Shown here in pieces: positions 17,134 to 29,122 of a stretch of DNA of 64,000 nucleotides. The notes under the pieces are model-generated. The model was given only the letters and a program-made list of their open reading frames with translations, was not told the origin of the DNA and did not search any database. Positions within the stretch are counted from its first letter, which is position 1. Every line of letters begins with the position of its first letter. The translations under genes were made by a program, and so were the position numbers. Origin of the DNA: Spirochaetia bacterium (lineage in GTDB: Bacteria; Spirochaetota; Spirochaetia; SZUA-6; Bin103); NCBI GenBank assembly GCA_965208575.1, contig CBDBOV010000005.1, positions 1,088,001 through 1,152,000 on the forward strand, read 5' to 3'.

Positions 17134-17775
17134 TCAGCGCTGCTGGCTCGGCGCGGCCAGCACGCCGCGCGCCGCGGTCAGTTCCTGTTCGCGCAGCACG
17201 CCGCGCGCGTTCAGCGCCAGCTTCAGCAGCATCGCGACCAGCTTGTGGTGGTCGTAACCGCAGGCGAAGCGCACCCGGTCGATGGAGGCGGGTACCGGCT
17301 CCATGCCGGCCAGCTTCACCAGCCCGCCGGCTACCGTGGCCACCCGCCGCACCACCTTGGCGCCGTCGGCGTCGGCGGCTGCCCGGTACAGCCCGCCGCC
17401 CTCCGGGATGACGCGAATGGTGGCGTCGGTCTTCTTGTCGTACACCTCCAACGGGCGCGCTGCCGGCGGCTCGCCGGGGTCCAGCTTGCACGCCTCGATG
17501 AACGCCCGCCGGGTGGCCTGCTCGTGCGCATCGCCGCAGGCGAACCGTACCCGCAACGGCGCGCCCGGTGCCGCTTCCATGCCGGCCACCTCCTGCATCG
17601 CCGCGGCGATGGCCTGCAGCCGTGCGCCTGCGCCGTTGCGGGTGCTGTAGCTGTGGATGTCGTACGCCGGGCCGCCGTCCGCGTCCACCGCCCGGTGCAG
17701 CGCCACCGTGATGTCGTGAAAGTGGGCATCCATCGCCACCAGTTCGATGCGCCGGCCCAGGTCGGTCCGTGTCAC
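17134..17775 (-). CDS. Hypothetical protein, first full-length gene of the corrinoid operon
   Basis: AAGGAG RBS before GTG; good codon bias; two internal RFACG..H motifs. Confidence 0.7.
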   Translation of the reverse strand: MTRTDLGRRIELVAMDAHFHDITVALHRAVDADGGPAYDIHSYSTRNGAGARLQAIAAAMQEVAGMEAAPGAPLRVRFACGDAHEQATRRAFIEACKLDPGEPPAARPLEVYDKKTDATIRVIPEGGGLYRAAADADGAKVVRRVATVAGGLVKLAGMEPVPASIDRVRFACGYDHHKLVAMLLKLALNARGVLREQELTAARGVLAAPSQQR

Positions 17776-17987
17776 CGTGTGGTTCTCCTTGCGTCGTCGC
17801 CGCCCGCACGCCCGGGCAGGATCCGGTCCACCGCCAGGCGCAGGTCGGGCAGCGCGGCGGGCGCGATCGTCTCGCCCCGCTCGACGCGCCGCGTGGTGCG
17901 GTCCGCACGCGCAAAGCGCCGGCGCCGAACGTCCGGGACGGAACGCGGTTCGGCTGGCGTCGCAGTCATGATCCCGGTAGCGGCCAT
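17772..17987 (-). pseudogene. Internally deleted copy of the Uma2 endonuclease gene
   Basis: 5' and 3' ends and upstream DNA match 22577-23232; ~430 bp catalytic core missing, in frame. Confidence 0.85.
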
Positions 17988-18103
17988 GTGCCGAAAGATA
18001 CCACAACCGGCGCGATGCGTGTCGTTGCGGGCATGTCTGTCTCGCATGTTCGTTCTGAGCGCGATTGCGGGGATCGGGTAACCGGAATAGGCTGAGATCG
18101 CAT

Positions 18104-19099
18104 ATGTTGCCGTTCATCCTCCGACGCATCGGCGTGATGGTCATCGTGCTCGCCGCGGTTTCGGTGTGCGCGTTCGTGATCATCCAGTTGCCGCCCGGCG
18201 ACTATCTCGACGACTACATCGCCGGGCTGCAGGCGCGCGGCACCGAGGTGGACCAGGCGGAGATCGAGGCGTTGCGGCATCAGTATGGCCTGGACCGGCC
18301 GATCTACCTGCAATACCTGCGCTGGATCGGCAAGATCGTGCGCGGCGACATGGGGTACTCGTTCATCTACGCCAAGCCGGTGGAGGTGTTGCTGAAGGAA
18401 CGCCTGCCGTTGACCGTGACAATCTCCGTGTTGACGCTGCTGTTCGTCTACGCCGTCGCCGTGCCGATCGGCATCTACTCGGCTACCCACCAGTACTCGT
18501 TCGCGGACTACGGCTTTACCGTGTTCGGCTTCGTGGGACTTGCGACGCCCAACTTCCTGCTGGCGCTGGTGCTGATGATGCTGTTCTTCTACCTGTTCGG
18601 GCTCAACATCGGCGGGCTGTTCTCCATGGAGTACGTCGGTGCTCCGTGGAGCTTCGGGAAGGTGCTCGACCTGCTCGCGCACCTGCCCGTGCCGATCGTC
18701 GTCCTCGGCACCGCCGGCACCGCCGGGCTCATTCGCGTGCTGCGCGGGTCGCTGCTCGACGAGCTGGCCAAGCAGTACGTCATCACCGCCCGCGCCAAGG
18801 GCCTGGACGAGCAGCGCCTGCTGTTCAAGTACCCGGTCCGGGTGGCCGTGAACCCGATCCTCAGCACCGTGGGCTGGTTGCTGCCGGAGATCGTATCGGG
18901 GGAAACCATCGTCGCCATCGTGCTGGGGCTGCCCACCATCGGCCCGCTCGTGTTCAACTCGCTGCTGTCTCAGGACATGCTGCTCGCCGGGAGCACCATC
19001 ATGCTGCTCAGCTTCCTGACCGTGGTCGGCACCCTGATCTCCGACCTGCTGCTGGTACTGGTGGATCCCCGCATCCGCTTCGAGGCGGTGCAATCGTGA
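18104..19099 (+). CDS. Peptide/oligosaccharide ABC permease (DppB/OppB-like)
   Basis: IIQLPPGD, YGLDRP, YVITARAKGL EAA-type motif. Confidence 0.9.
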   Translation: MLPFILRRIGVMVIVLAAVSVCAFVIIQLPPGDYLDDYIAGLQARGTEVDQAEIEALRHQYGLDRPIYLQYLRWIGKIVRGDMGYSFIYAKPVEVLLKERLPLTVTISVLTLLFVYAVAVPIGIYSATHQYSFADYGFTVFGFVGLATPNFLLALVLMMLFFYLFGLNIGGLFSMEYVGAPWSFGKVLDLLAHLPVPIVVLGTAGTAGLIRVLRGSLLDELAKQYVITARAKGLDEQRLLFKYPVRVAVNPILSTVGWLLPEIVSGETIVAIVLGLPTIGPLVFNSLLSQDMLLAGSTIMLLSFLTVVGTLISDLLLVLVDPRIRFEAVQS

Positions 19100-20223
19100 G
19101 TCGGCGGGAGGCCCGCACCGCCACCGAGACGGTTCGGAACGAGCGCGCCGAACAGTATTTCGTAGCCACGCAATGGCAGTTGATGTGGCGCAAGTTCACG
19201 CGCCATCGGCTGGCGGTGATCGGCGGCGTGGTGCTCGCCGTGTTCTACTTCTGGGGTCTGTTTCCGGAGTTCCTGTCACCGAGCGTTCCCTCGGAGCGGG
19301 TCAGGGAACTCGCGTATTCTCCGCCGCAGCGTGTCCGGTTCGTGCACGAGGGCAGGATTCGCGGGCCGTTCGTGTACGGTTACGTGCAGTCGATTGACCC
19401 GCTGACGCTGCAAAAGCTGTACACCGCCGACACCACCGACCTGCGCCCCATCCGTCTGTTCGTGCGCGCTGCCGAGTACAGGCTGTGGGGTCTCTTCCCC
19501 GGCAACCTGCACCTGTTCGGATCCGACCGCGGCCCGGTCATGCTGCTCGGCGCGGACAGCTTCGGGCGTGACCTGTTTACCCGCAACCTCTACGCCGCGC
19601 GGGTGTCGCTGTCGGTTGGGCTGGTGGGCGTGGTGCTGAGCTTCGTGCTCGGTCTCGTGCTCGGCGGAATCTCCGGCTACTACGGGGGCATGGTCGACAA
19701 CGTCATCCAGCGCATCATCGAGTTTCTCATTTCGCTGCCGACGATACCGGTGTGGATGGGACTGGCCGCGGCCCTGCCGCCGGAGTGGGGGTCGATCCAG
19801 ATCTACTTCGGCGTGACGATCATCCTCTCCATCGTGGGCTGGACCGGTCTGGCGCGCGTGGTTCGCGGCAAGCTGCTGGAGTTGCGCGAGGCCGATTTCG
19901 TGATGGCGGCCCGCATTGCCGGCGCCAGGCAGCGGCGTATCATCGCCGGCCACCTGATACCCTCGTTCCTGAGCTACCTCATCGTCCACCTTACGCTGGC
20001 CATTCCGCGGATGATACTCGGCGAGACGGCGCTGAGCTTCCTGGGACTCGGGATCAGGCCACCCGCGGTGAGCTGGGGAACCCTGCTGCAGGACGCGCAG
20101 AACATCCAGACCGTGGTGCTCTACCCCTGGCTGATGTTCCCCGCGCTGTTCGTCGTGGCTGCGGTGCTGATGTTCAACTTCCTCGGCGACGGGCTGCGGG
20201 ACGCGGCGGATCCCTACAAGTAA
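19096..20223 (+). CDS. Peptide/oligosaccharide ABC permease (DppC/OppC-like)
   Basis: LGADSFGRD, ETALSFLGLG, FNFLGDGLRDAADP; GTGA overlap with upstream stop. Confidence 0.9.
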   Translation: MSRREARTATETVRNERAEQYFVATQWQLMWRKFTRHRLAVIGGVVLAVFYFWGLFPEFLSPSVPSERVRELAYSPPQRVRFVHEGRIRGPFVYGYVQSIDPLTLQKLYTADTTDLRPIRLFVRAAEYRLWGLFPGNLHLFGSDRGPVMLLGADSFGRDLFTRNLYAARVSLSVGLVGVVLSFVLGLVLGGISGYYGGMVDNVIQRIIEFLISLPTIPVWMGLAAALPPEWGSIQIYFGVTIILSIVGWTGLARVVRGKLLELREADFVMAARIAGARQRRIIAGHLIPSFLSYLIVHLTLAIPRMILGETALSFLGLGIRPPAVSWGTLLQDAQNIQTVVLYPWLMFPALFVVAAVLMFNFLGDGLRDAADPYK

Positions 20224-20242
20224 CGCCGCGACCGGGACTCTA

Positions 20243-20284
20243 CCCGCGACCGGGATTCTCCGCAAAGAGAGCCCCGGTCACGGG
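20243..20284. terminator. Hairpin between convergent genes (possible terminator)
   Basis: CCGCGACCGGG...CCCGGTCACGG stem; no clear U-tract. Confidence 0.35.
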
Positions 20285-20304
20285 CATCCTGGAGCGACTC
20301 CGAT

Positions 20305-22332
20305 CTACTCCTTGTACCACTGAAAGGCGCCGCTGAACGCGAACACCAGCGGAGGCAGCCGATCCAGGTCGACATTCCTCAGGTTGTTGCGCGCAAAGCG
20401 CACGTCCGGCGCCGGGGCCACGATGCCCATGTGCCACTGGTTCTCGGCCAGGTTCTGCAGCGCCATGTTGCCGAGCCGCAGGCGTTCGGACTCGTCCAGC
20501 GTGGTCGGGATCGCGCGCCACGTTTCGATGTATTCCTTGGCCGCCGGGATCGGCTCCTCGCCCTCGGCGCCACCGGTCTGGTACCACTGCTGCCAGCGCC
20601 GCGCCCAGAACTGGCCGCCGCTCCACCAGCCGGCCCTGCTCTGCGTGGCGGCGAAGTCGCTGCCGTCGATGCCCCAGGCCGAGATCATCGACTCGTTGGC
20701 CCCGAACTTCTGCCACATCGTTCCGCGCGGACCGACGTCGTCGATGATCGCGGCGACACCTACCTGGCCCCAATGATCGACGATCAACTCGACCGTCGGC
20801 GGGATGGCTGCGCGCCGGGCCCCGGCGATGGTGATGATCAATTCCAGCGGCGATCCGTCGGGCCGCGTGCGCACACCCTCGGCGTTCGCCGTCACCCCTA
20901 CCTCATCGAGCAACTGCATGGCCAGCTCGGGGTTGTACTCGGTGTACTTGTCCTGGTACTCCAGCGCGCCGTACGCGGCCTGCGCCTGAATGGAGGCGCC
21001 GCGCGGCGTGCCGACGCCGGCAAACACCAGGTCATTCACCTCGTCCCGGTCGATGGCATGGGACAGCGCCTGCTTGAACTTTGCCGTCGCGAACAACTCA
21101 CGCAGCCCCGGATCGTCTATGGTGTGATTGAACAACAGCGTCACTTCGGTGGCGAATGCGTCATGCCCGGTGGGCTCCAGGGAGACGCGATAGTTGTTGC
21201 GCTGAGCGTTCTTCATGAACACCGGGAACTTGTCGATGGTCATGCTGCCGCCGTAGATGCCGGCGCCGATATCCTGCTCGCCGCTGATCGCCTTGGCCGC
21301 GACCAGCTCGTTGCCCTCCACGACTTGACCGATGACATGGTCGATGTAGGGGAGCTGATTGCCGGCGGTGTCGATCTTCCAGTAGTAGGGGTTGCGGGTC
21401 ATCAGCACGCGCTCCAGGGTCACCGACTCCACCCACCACGCATCGAGCACCGGCAGGTCCTGGGCGTAGGTGTCATCGCTGTACTGGCGCTTGCTGGCGA
21501 AGAGCTGGTACCACTCGTCGAATCCGGCCTCCTTGGCCAGGTCGCCGGCCTTGTCGTTGTAGTCGATGTGGAACTGCTTGAGGTAGTGCGCCGGATGAAA
21601 GGGACCGCGGAACGTCTGCGACGCCGCTCCCCAGCGGCTGGACAGCGTATACTGCATGGCCGGCAGCGCGACCGCGAACGTGAATTGCACCGTGGTGTCG
21701 TCGATCTTCCGAAAGCGCACCAGCTCACCACCCGAATTCCAGGGGCTCGGTTTCCGCGGCATGATGTCGTCATTCTGCAGCATGTCCTCGTACCAGAACA
21801 CGAAGTCGTCGGCGGTGAACGGCGCCCCGTCAGACCAGTGCATGCCCTTGCGCAGGTGCAGGGTGAAGGTCTTGGCGTCCGCACTCTGCTCCAGCTCCTT
21901 GGCCGCGTTCGGAAGCACCTGCACCAGGTCGGGACGGGCTCTGATGAACAGCTCCTCCAGGTGCATGTACGACTGCGGGCCCCACACGTCGGCGCGAGCG
22001 GTCACGTTGAGCTGATCGGTGTACTTGCCGATCCGCTCCAGGGGCTGGACCACCAGCGGCTCCTCCGATATGCGCTCTTTCACCGGTGGCAGGTCGCCGC
22101 CGCTCACCATCGCCGCCAGCATGGGTGACTCGCCGAAGCTCATGATCCGGTTGCCGGTCGCCGACTCGTAGTCGGCCAGCGTTACCCAGCGGCCCCCGGC
22201 GGCGAGCGGGCCGGGGCCGACATCCATCATACCGGCACCCGCCCCCGCGGCGCCCTCGCCCTCAGCGCCGGCGTAGGCGCCGAAAGCCGCCGTGGTCGCG
22301 ATCAACGCCGCGACCAGAACACGTTCTACCAT
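20305..22332 (-). CDS. ABC substrate-binding protein, family 5
   Basis: AAGGAGG RBS; LRKGMHWSDGAPFTADD; RNPYYWKIDTAGNQLPYID. Confidence 0.9.
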   Translation of the reverse strand: MVERVLVAALIATTAAFGAYAGAEGEGAAGAGAGMMDVGPGPLAAGGRWVTLADYESATGNRIMSFGESPMLAAMVSGGDLPPVKERISEEPLVVQPLERIGKYTDQLNVTARADVWGPQSYMHLEELFIRARPDLVQVLPNAAKELEQSADAKTFTLHLRKGMHWSDGAPFTADDFVFWYEDMLQNDDIMPRKPSPWNSGGELVRFRKIDDTTVQFTFAVALPAMQYTLSSRWGAASQTFRGPFHPAHYLKQFHIDYNDKAGDLAKEAGFDEWYQLFASKRQYSDDTYAQDLPVLDAWWVESVTLERVLMTRNPYYWKIDTAGNQLPYIDHVIGQVVEGNELVAAKAISGEQDIGAGIYGGSMTIDKFPVFMKNAQRNNYRVSLEPTGHDAFATEVTLLFNHTIDDPGLRELFATAKFKQALSHAIDRDEVNDLVFAGVGTPRGASIQAQAAYGALEYQDKYTEYNPELAMQLLDEVGVTANAEGVRTRPDGSPLELIITIAGARRAAIPPTVELIVDHWGQVGVAAIIDDVGPRGTMWQKFGANESMISAWGIDGSDFAATQSRAGWWSGGQFWARRWQQWYQTGGAEGEEPIPAAKEYIETWRAIPTTLDESERLRLGNMALQNLAENQWHMGIVAPAPDVRFARNNLRNVDLDRLPPLVFAFSGAFQWYKE

Positions 22333-22543
22333 TGTCCCCTCCTTGAAGTGGGATAGCTCATGGTATGCCATCGATAACCGGCACACAAGCTGGCGCCGCG
22401 CACCGACTTCGCCGACTTCGGGGCGCGGCCGCGAGCAGCGCCGCCGCCGGCACGCTTCTTCGACTACGCTGCGCCGAGCGCCGGATGGCCGTTCTCACCG
22501 ATGCCGGCGGCAGCGGCCACCGCGGTCACGCCGGACCGTGGCG

Positions 22544-23191
22544 CTACCGGCGCACCGACGGCGGTCCGCTGTCCGGACGCCCGGGAAGGATACGGTCCAC
22601 CGCCAGGCGCAGGTCGGGCAGCGCGGCCGGCGCGATGGTCGCACCCCGTTCGACGCGCCGCGTCGCACGGTAGCCTCCCGGCGCGGGGTCGGTGTACACC
22701 TCGATGCGGTCGTGCACCAGGTCCACCAGCCACACCTCGCGGACGCCGTCGGCGGCGTACAGCGGGATCTTGGTGCGCCGGTCGAAGGCCAGCGTGGAAT
22801 CGGCCACCTCCACCAGCAACAGCACTTCTCCGGGGTCGGGGTGGCCGTCGGCGTAGCGGTCGGAGCGGTCCGCCAGCAGCATCAGATCGGGCTGTGGCTC
22901 CGAGTGTTCCGATTCCGCCAGCGGGTTCTGTACGCGTACCAGCGCGCGCCCCGCGAGTGCGCCCGACTCGAAAAACGCGGCATTGATCCAGTCCACGCAG
23001 GCGGCGTGTCGCCTGCCGATCGGTGACATGACGAATATCTCTCCATCGATCAGTTCCAGGCGCTCCCGATGGTCGAGAATGCCCGCTCGCCCCATGGCGT
23101 GGTAGTCCGCGCGGGTGAACCTCCGGCGCCGAACGTCCGGGGCGGAACGCGGCTTGGCTGGCGTCGCGGTCATGGTGCCGGTAGCGGCCAT
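22544..23191 (-). CDS. Uma2 family endonuclease
   Basis: ELIDGEI..MSPIG..H, SEPQPD, LLVEVADST, YAADGVREVWLVD. Confidence 0.9.
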   Translation of the reverse strand: MAATGTMTATPAKPRSAPDVRRRRFTRADYHAMGRAGILDHRERLELIDGEIFVMSPIGRRHAACVDWINAAFFESGALAGRALVRVQNPLAESEHSEPQPDLMLLADRSDRYADGHPDPGEVLLLVEVADSTLAFDRRTKIPLYAADGVREVWLVDLVHDRIEVYTDPAPGGYRATRRVERGATIAPAALPDLRLAVDRILPGRPDSGPPSVRR

Positions 23192-23356
23192 GTGCCGAAG
23201 ATACCACAACCGGCGCGTTGCGTGTCGCTGCCCGACGCCTGACGGGCAGCCGCGGGCGGCGACGGACCGCCGGGGTTCGCCGCAACCGGCATTCGCGGTA
23301 GGATCGACCCGGGTGCGGCGCTCTCCGGTCTCGGCCGGCGGTCGCACCAGGGAGGG

Positions 23357-24625
23357 ATGATGGCGCGGCTACACCGGATGGTCCTTGCCGGCTGTGGAGG
23401 CATGGGGCGACGCCACCTGCGCAGCTACCGGGTGCTCGGCGAGGCGGAGCCGGGGCGCGCCGAGCTCGCCGCGGTGGTCGACCGGGAGCCCGAGCGCGCC
23501 GAGTTCGTCGCCGCCGAAGCGGAGCAGTTCCTGGGGCGCCGGCCGCCGGCGTTCACTTCCCTGGAGGCGGCTGCCGCTGTGGTGCCGGAGCTGGACGTGG
23601 TGGACATCGTCGCCGCCGCGTCGGCGCATCATCGTATCGCGCAAGTGGCCTGTGCGGCCGGCATGCACGTGCTGTGCGAGAAGCCGATGGCGCCCACGGT
23701 GGCGGCCTGCCGCGCCATGGGGCGCGCCGCCGAGCAGGCGGGCCGCGTGCTGTCGGTGGCCGAGAACTACCGCCGCGACCCGATCAGCCGGCTGGCGCGT
23801 GCCCTGGTCGGCGCCGGCGCCATCGGGGAGGTGCGTTCGCTGATTGACCTGTCCGGCAGCGGCGGCAGCCGGGGCAGCGCCGGGCCGTGGCGCTACCGGC
23901 GCACCGAGGGCGGCCCGATCCTGGAGGCGGGCGTGCACAACGCGGACATGCAGCAATACCTGGCCGGCGCGGCGACGCGGGTGAGCGGTCAGGTGCGCCT
24001 CAACGAGCCGCGGCGCATGTACCGCGACACGCCCCTGAAGGTGTTCCACGACCACTACGCCCACACCAACCCGGAGGTGGCGCCGGCCGACGCGCCCGAC
24101 CTGCTGATGGCAACGGTGGAGCATGCCGGCGGCGCCCTCGGCCAATGGCTGTACGACGACGCGCTGCATGGCCCGCGGCTGCGCCGCTTCACGCTGTTCG
24201 GCAGCGAGGGGCAGATCGACCTGCCCGGCGTGCGCAGCGGCCGTCCGCTGCAGGTGTTCCGCGACGGCCATGACGGCGCGCTGCCGGACGCCGCCGTGCT
24301 GGCGCTGGTGCCCGACTTCGCGCTCGACGAGCGCACCGCGCGCCTGTTCGGCGGCGAGCGGCTGGCGCGCTACGAGAACAGCGGCGGCGGCATGGGCGGC
24401 GGTGCGGACCTGAAGCTGCTGGCGCTGGAGATGGCCGAACTGCTGGACGCCGCCGACGGCGGCCCGCCGGTGGAGGTGGACGCGGAGGTGGGCCTGTCCG
24501 CCGCTGCGCTGGTGTTCGCCTGCCACGAGTCCTCCACCGCCGGCCGCCCGGTCACGCTGAACGAGGTGATCGACGGCACCCTGGACACCTACCAGCGCCC
24601 CGCCAACCAGGCCCTGGGCCTGTAG
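23357..24625 (+). CDS. Gfo/Idh/MocA family oxidoreductase
   Basis: GCGGMG, HVLCEKPMA, AENYRRDP. Confidence 0.88.
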   Translation: MMARLHRMVLAGCGGMGRRHLRSYRVLGEAEPGRAELAAVVDREPERAEFVAAEAEQFLGRRPPAFTSLEAAAAVVPELDVVDIVAAASAHHRIAQVACAAGMHVLCEKPMAPTVAACRAMGRAAEQAGRVLSVAENYRRDPISRLARALVGAGAIGEVRSLIDLSGSGGSRGSAGPWRYRRTEGGPILEAGVHNADMQQYLAGAATRVSGQVRLNEPRRMYRDTPLKVFHDHYAHTNPEVAPADAPDLLMATVEHAGGALGQWLYDDALHGPRLRRFTLFGSEGQIDLPGVRSGRPLQVFRDGHDGALPDAAVLALVPDFALDERTARLFGGERLARYENSGGGMGGGADLKLLALEMAELLDAADGGPPVEVDAEVGLSAAALVFACHESSTAGRPVTLNEVIDGTLDTYQRPANQALGL

Positions 24626-24669
24626 CACGGTCGCGGATCGCGAAGCCGGCGCGTCGGTCCCCGCGGCAT

Positions 24670-24773
24670 TCGAGTTAATCGAAGTTAGATAAGTTAATAA
24701 AGATTAATTATGTTCCGGGCAAGAAGTTCCGCGCACGACGGCTTTGACGGGAAGCGGTGTCACCGGCTATAGT
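24670..24773 (+). promoter_or_regulatory. Sigma70 promoter with AT-rich upstream repeats for the cox cluster
   Basis: TTGACG(24744)-18bp-TATAGT(24768); AGTTA repeated three times at ~24673-24697. Confidence 0.55.
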
Positions 24774-24798
24774 GGGCGTCCGGCGCGAGGTCAGCGAG

Positions 24799-25269
24799 AT
24801 GCATCTGCAAGGCGAACACACCTTTACCGCACGTCAGCGGCACGTATGGGAGTTGTTGAACGACTCCGGCGTGTTGGCCCGCATCACGCCGGGTCTGAGC
24901 GAGCTGGAGGCCGACGGCGACGACTCCTACCGCGCCCGATTCGCCATCAAGATGGGGCCGATCAACAGTACATTCAACGGCACGTTGCGGGTGGTGGACC
25001 GGGTGGCGCCGGAGCGCTTCCGGCTGCTGGTCGAGATAGCGGGCAAGGCGGGCACGGTAGCCGCCGAGGCCACCGTTGCCGCGCAATCGACGGCGGGCGC
25101 CGGTGCGGAGCACACCCGGGTCACCTTCAGCGCGGACGCCAGGCTCACCGGACTGCTGGTGCGCATGGGCCAGCGCGTCCTCAGCGGCGTCGGGCGCCTG
25201 CTCACCAAGCAGTTTTTTCAGGCATTGGAACAGGAGATCGAGCGGTCGCCGGCGCGGGAGTCTGCGTGA
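24799..25269 (+). CDS. coxG: CoxG/SRPBCC family protein
   Basis: VWELLND..LARITPG; adjacent to coxS. Confidence 0.8.
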   Translation: MHLQGEHTFTARQRHVWELLNDSGVLARITPGLSELEADGDDSYRARFAIKMGPINSTFNGTLRVVDRVAPERFRLLVEIAGKAGTVAAEATVAAQSTAGAGAEHTRVTFSADARLTGLLVRMGQRVLSGVGRLLTKQFFQALEQEIERSPARESA

Positions 25270-25312
25270 GGCGGCCATGTCAACCACACGGATACGAGGA
25301 GGAGCGAGAGAG

Positions 25313-25780
25313 ATGAGCGTAACGATCAGCGTTACTGTCAACGGCCACAGTCATCGGCATGAGGTCGAGCCGCGGCTGCTGCTGGTGGACTACCTGCGCG
25401 ACGTGCTGGGACTCACCGGTACCCACGTCGGCTGCGACACCAGCGGCTGCGGGGCGTGTACGATCGCCTTCAACGGCCGCGCCGTGAAGTGCTGCACCCT
25501 GCTGGCGGTGCAGGCCGACGGAGCAGAGATCACCACCATCGAGGGGCTCGCCACGGGCGGCGAGCTGCATCGCCTGCAACAGAGCTTCAACGAGCAGCAT
25601 GGTCTGCAGTGCGGGTTCTGCACGCCCGGCATGATCATGGCGGCGCGGCAGCTTCTGGAACGCAACCCCGATCCCAGCGACGCGGAGATCCGGCACGCCC
25701 TGGAGGGCAATTTCTGCCGCTGCACCGGGTATGAAAACATCGTCAAGTCGGTACGCGCGGCGGCCGGCTCGGCGGCCTAG
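25313..25780 (+). CDS. coxS: Molybdoenzyme small 2x[2Fe-2S] subunit
   Basis: [28 protein letters not shown]. Confidence 0.92.
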   Translation: MSVTISVTVNGHSHRHEVEPRLLLVDYLRDVLGLTGTHVGCDTSGCGACTIAFNGRAVKCCTLLAVQADGAEITTIEGLATGGELHRLQQSFNEQHGLQCGFCTPGMIMAARQLLERNPDPSDAEIRHALEGNFCRCTGYENIVKSVRAAAGSAA

Positions 25781-25791
25781 GAGGTCCGGCC

Positions 25792-28167
<2,376 letters not shown>

Positions 28168-28195
28168 GGATTCGGGGCAAGGCAAGGAGAAACTG

Positions 28196-29047
28196 ATGAG
28201 CAGTGCATTCAATTACCACCGTGCAGCTTCCGTGGACGACGCGCTGGCAGTGCTTGGGCAGCATGACGACGCGGCGCTGTTGGCCGGCGGCCACAGCCTG
28301 ATACCGTCGCTGAAGCTGCGCCTCGCGGCGCCCGGTACGCTGGTCGATATCGGCCACCTGGAAGAGTTGAACTACATCCGCCAGCAGGGCAGCGGGGTGG
28401 CTATCGGCGCCGCCACCACCCATCACGACGTGGCGACATCCACCGTCGTTTCCGGGCAGGCGCCGCTGCTGGCGCAGGCCGCGGCGGTGATCGGCGACCC
28501 GCAGGTGCGCAACATGGGCACGATCGGCGGTTCGCTGGCGCACGCCGATCCGGCCGCGGACTACCCGGCCGCGGTGCTGGCGAGCGGCGCACACATCGTG
28601 GTGCGCGGCCCCGATGGCGAGCGGGTGATCGGGGCCGGCAGCTTCTTCGTCGACCTGTTTTTGACCAGCCTGCAGCCGGGCGAGATCATAACCGAGGTAC
28701 GTATTCCGGCGCAGCCGCCGGGTGCCGGCGCATGCTACGCCAAGTTCCCGCATCCGGCGTCGCGGTTCGCGGTAGTGGGATGTGCGGCGGTAGTCGCCGC
28801 CAACGCCGGCGTGTGCACCGATGTGCGGGTGGCGTTTACCGGCGTTGCCAATGCGGCGTTTCGCGATGCGGGAGTCGAGGGCGCGCTCGCCGGTCAGCCG
28901 CTGAACGGCGGCCGCATCGACGCGGCGGCGGCCGTGGCGGCACAGGGGGCGGAGGTGCTCAGCGACGCGTTTGCCGGCGCCGACTATCGCCGTCACCTGG
29001 CCACGTTGTTCGCCGGCCGGGCGCTGCGCTCCGCGGCACGGCTTTAA
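28196..29047 (+). CDS. coxM: FAD-binding medium subunit
   Basis: LAGGHSL, QVRNMGTIGGSLAHADPAAD. Confidence 0.9.
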   Translation: MSSAFNYHRAASVDDALAVLGQHDDAALLAGGHSLIPSLKLRLAAPGTLVDIGHLEELNYIRQQGSGVAIGAATTHHDVATSTVVSGQAPLLAQAAAVIGDPQVRNMGTIGGSLAHADPAADYPAAVLASGAHIVVRGPDGERVIGAGSFFVDLFLTSLQPGEIITEVRIPAQPPGAGACYAKFPHPASRFAVVGCAAVVAANAGVCTDVRVAFTGVANAAFRDAGVEGALAGQPLNGGRIDAAAAVAAQGAEVLSDAFAGADYRRHLATLFAGRALRSAARL

Positions 29048-29122
29048 GGGCACGGGCGCGGCGGCAGTCCGCGGGGCTCGGGGGAGATTTGCATTGACCG
29101 GCGTGCGATGCGGCGCTTTACT

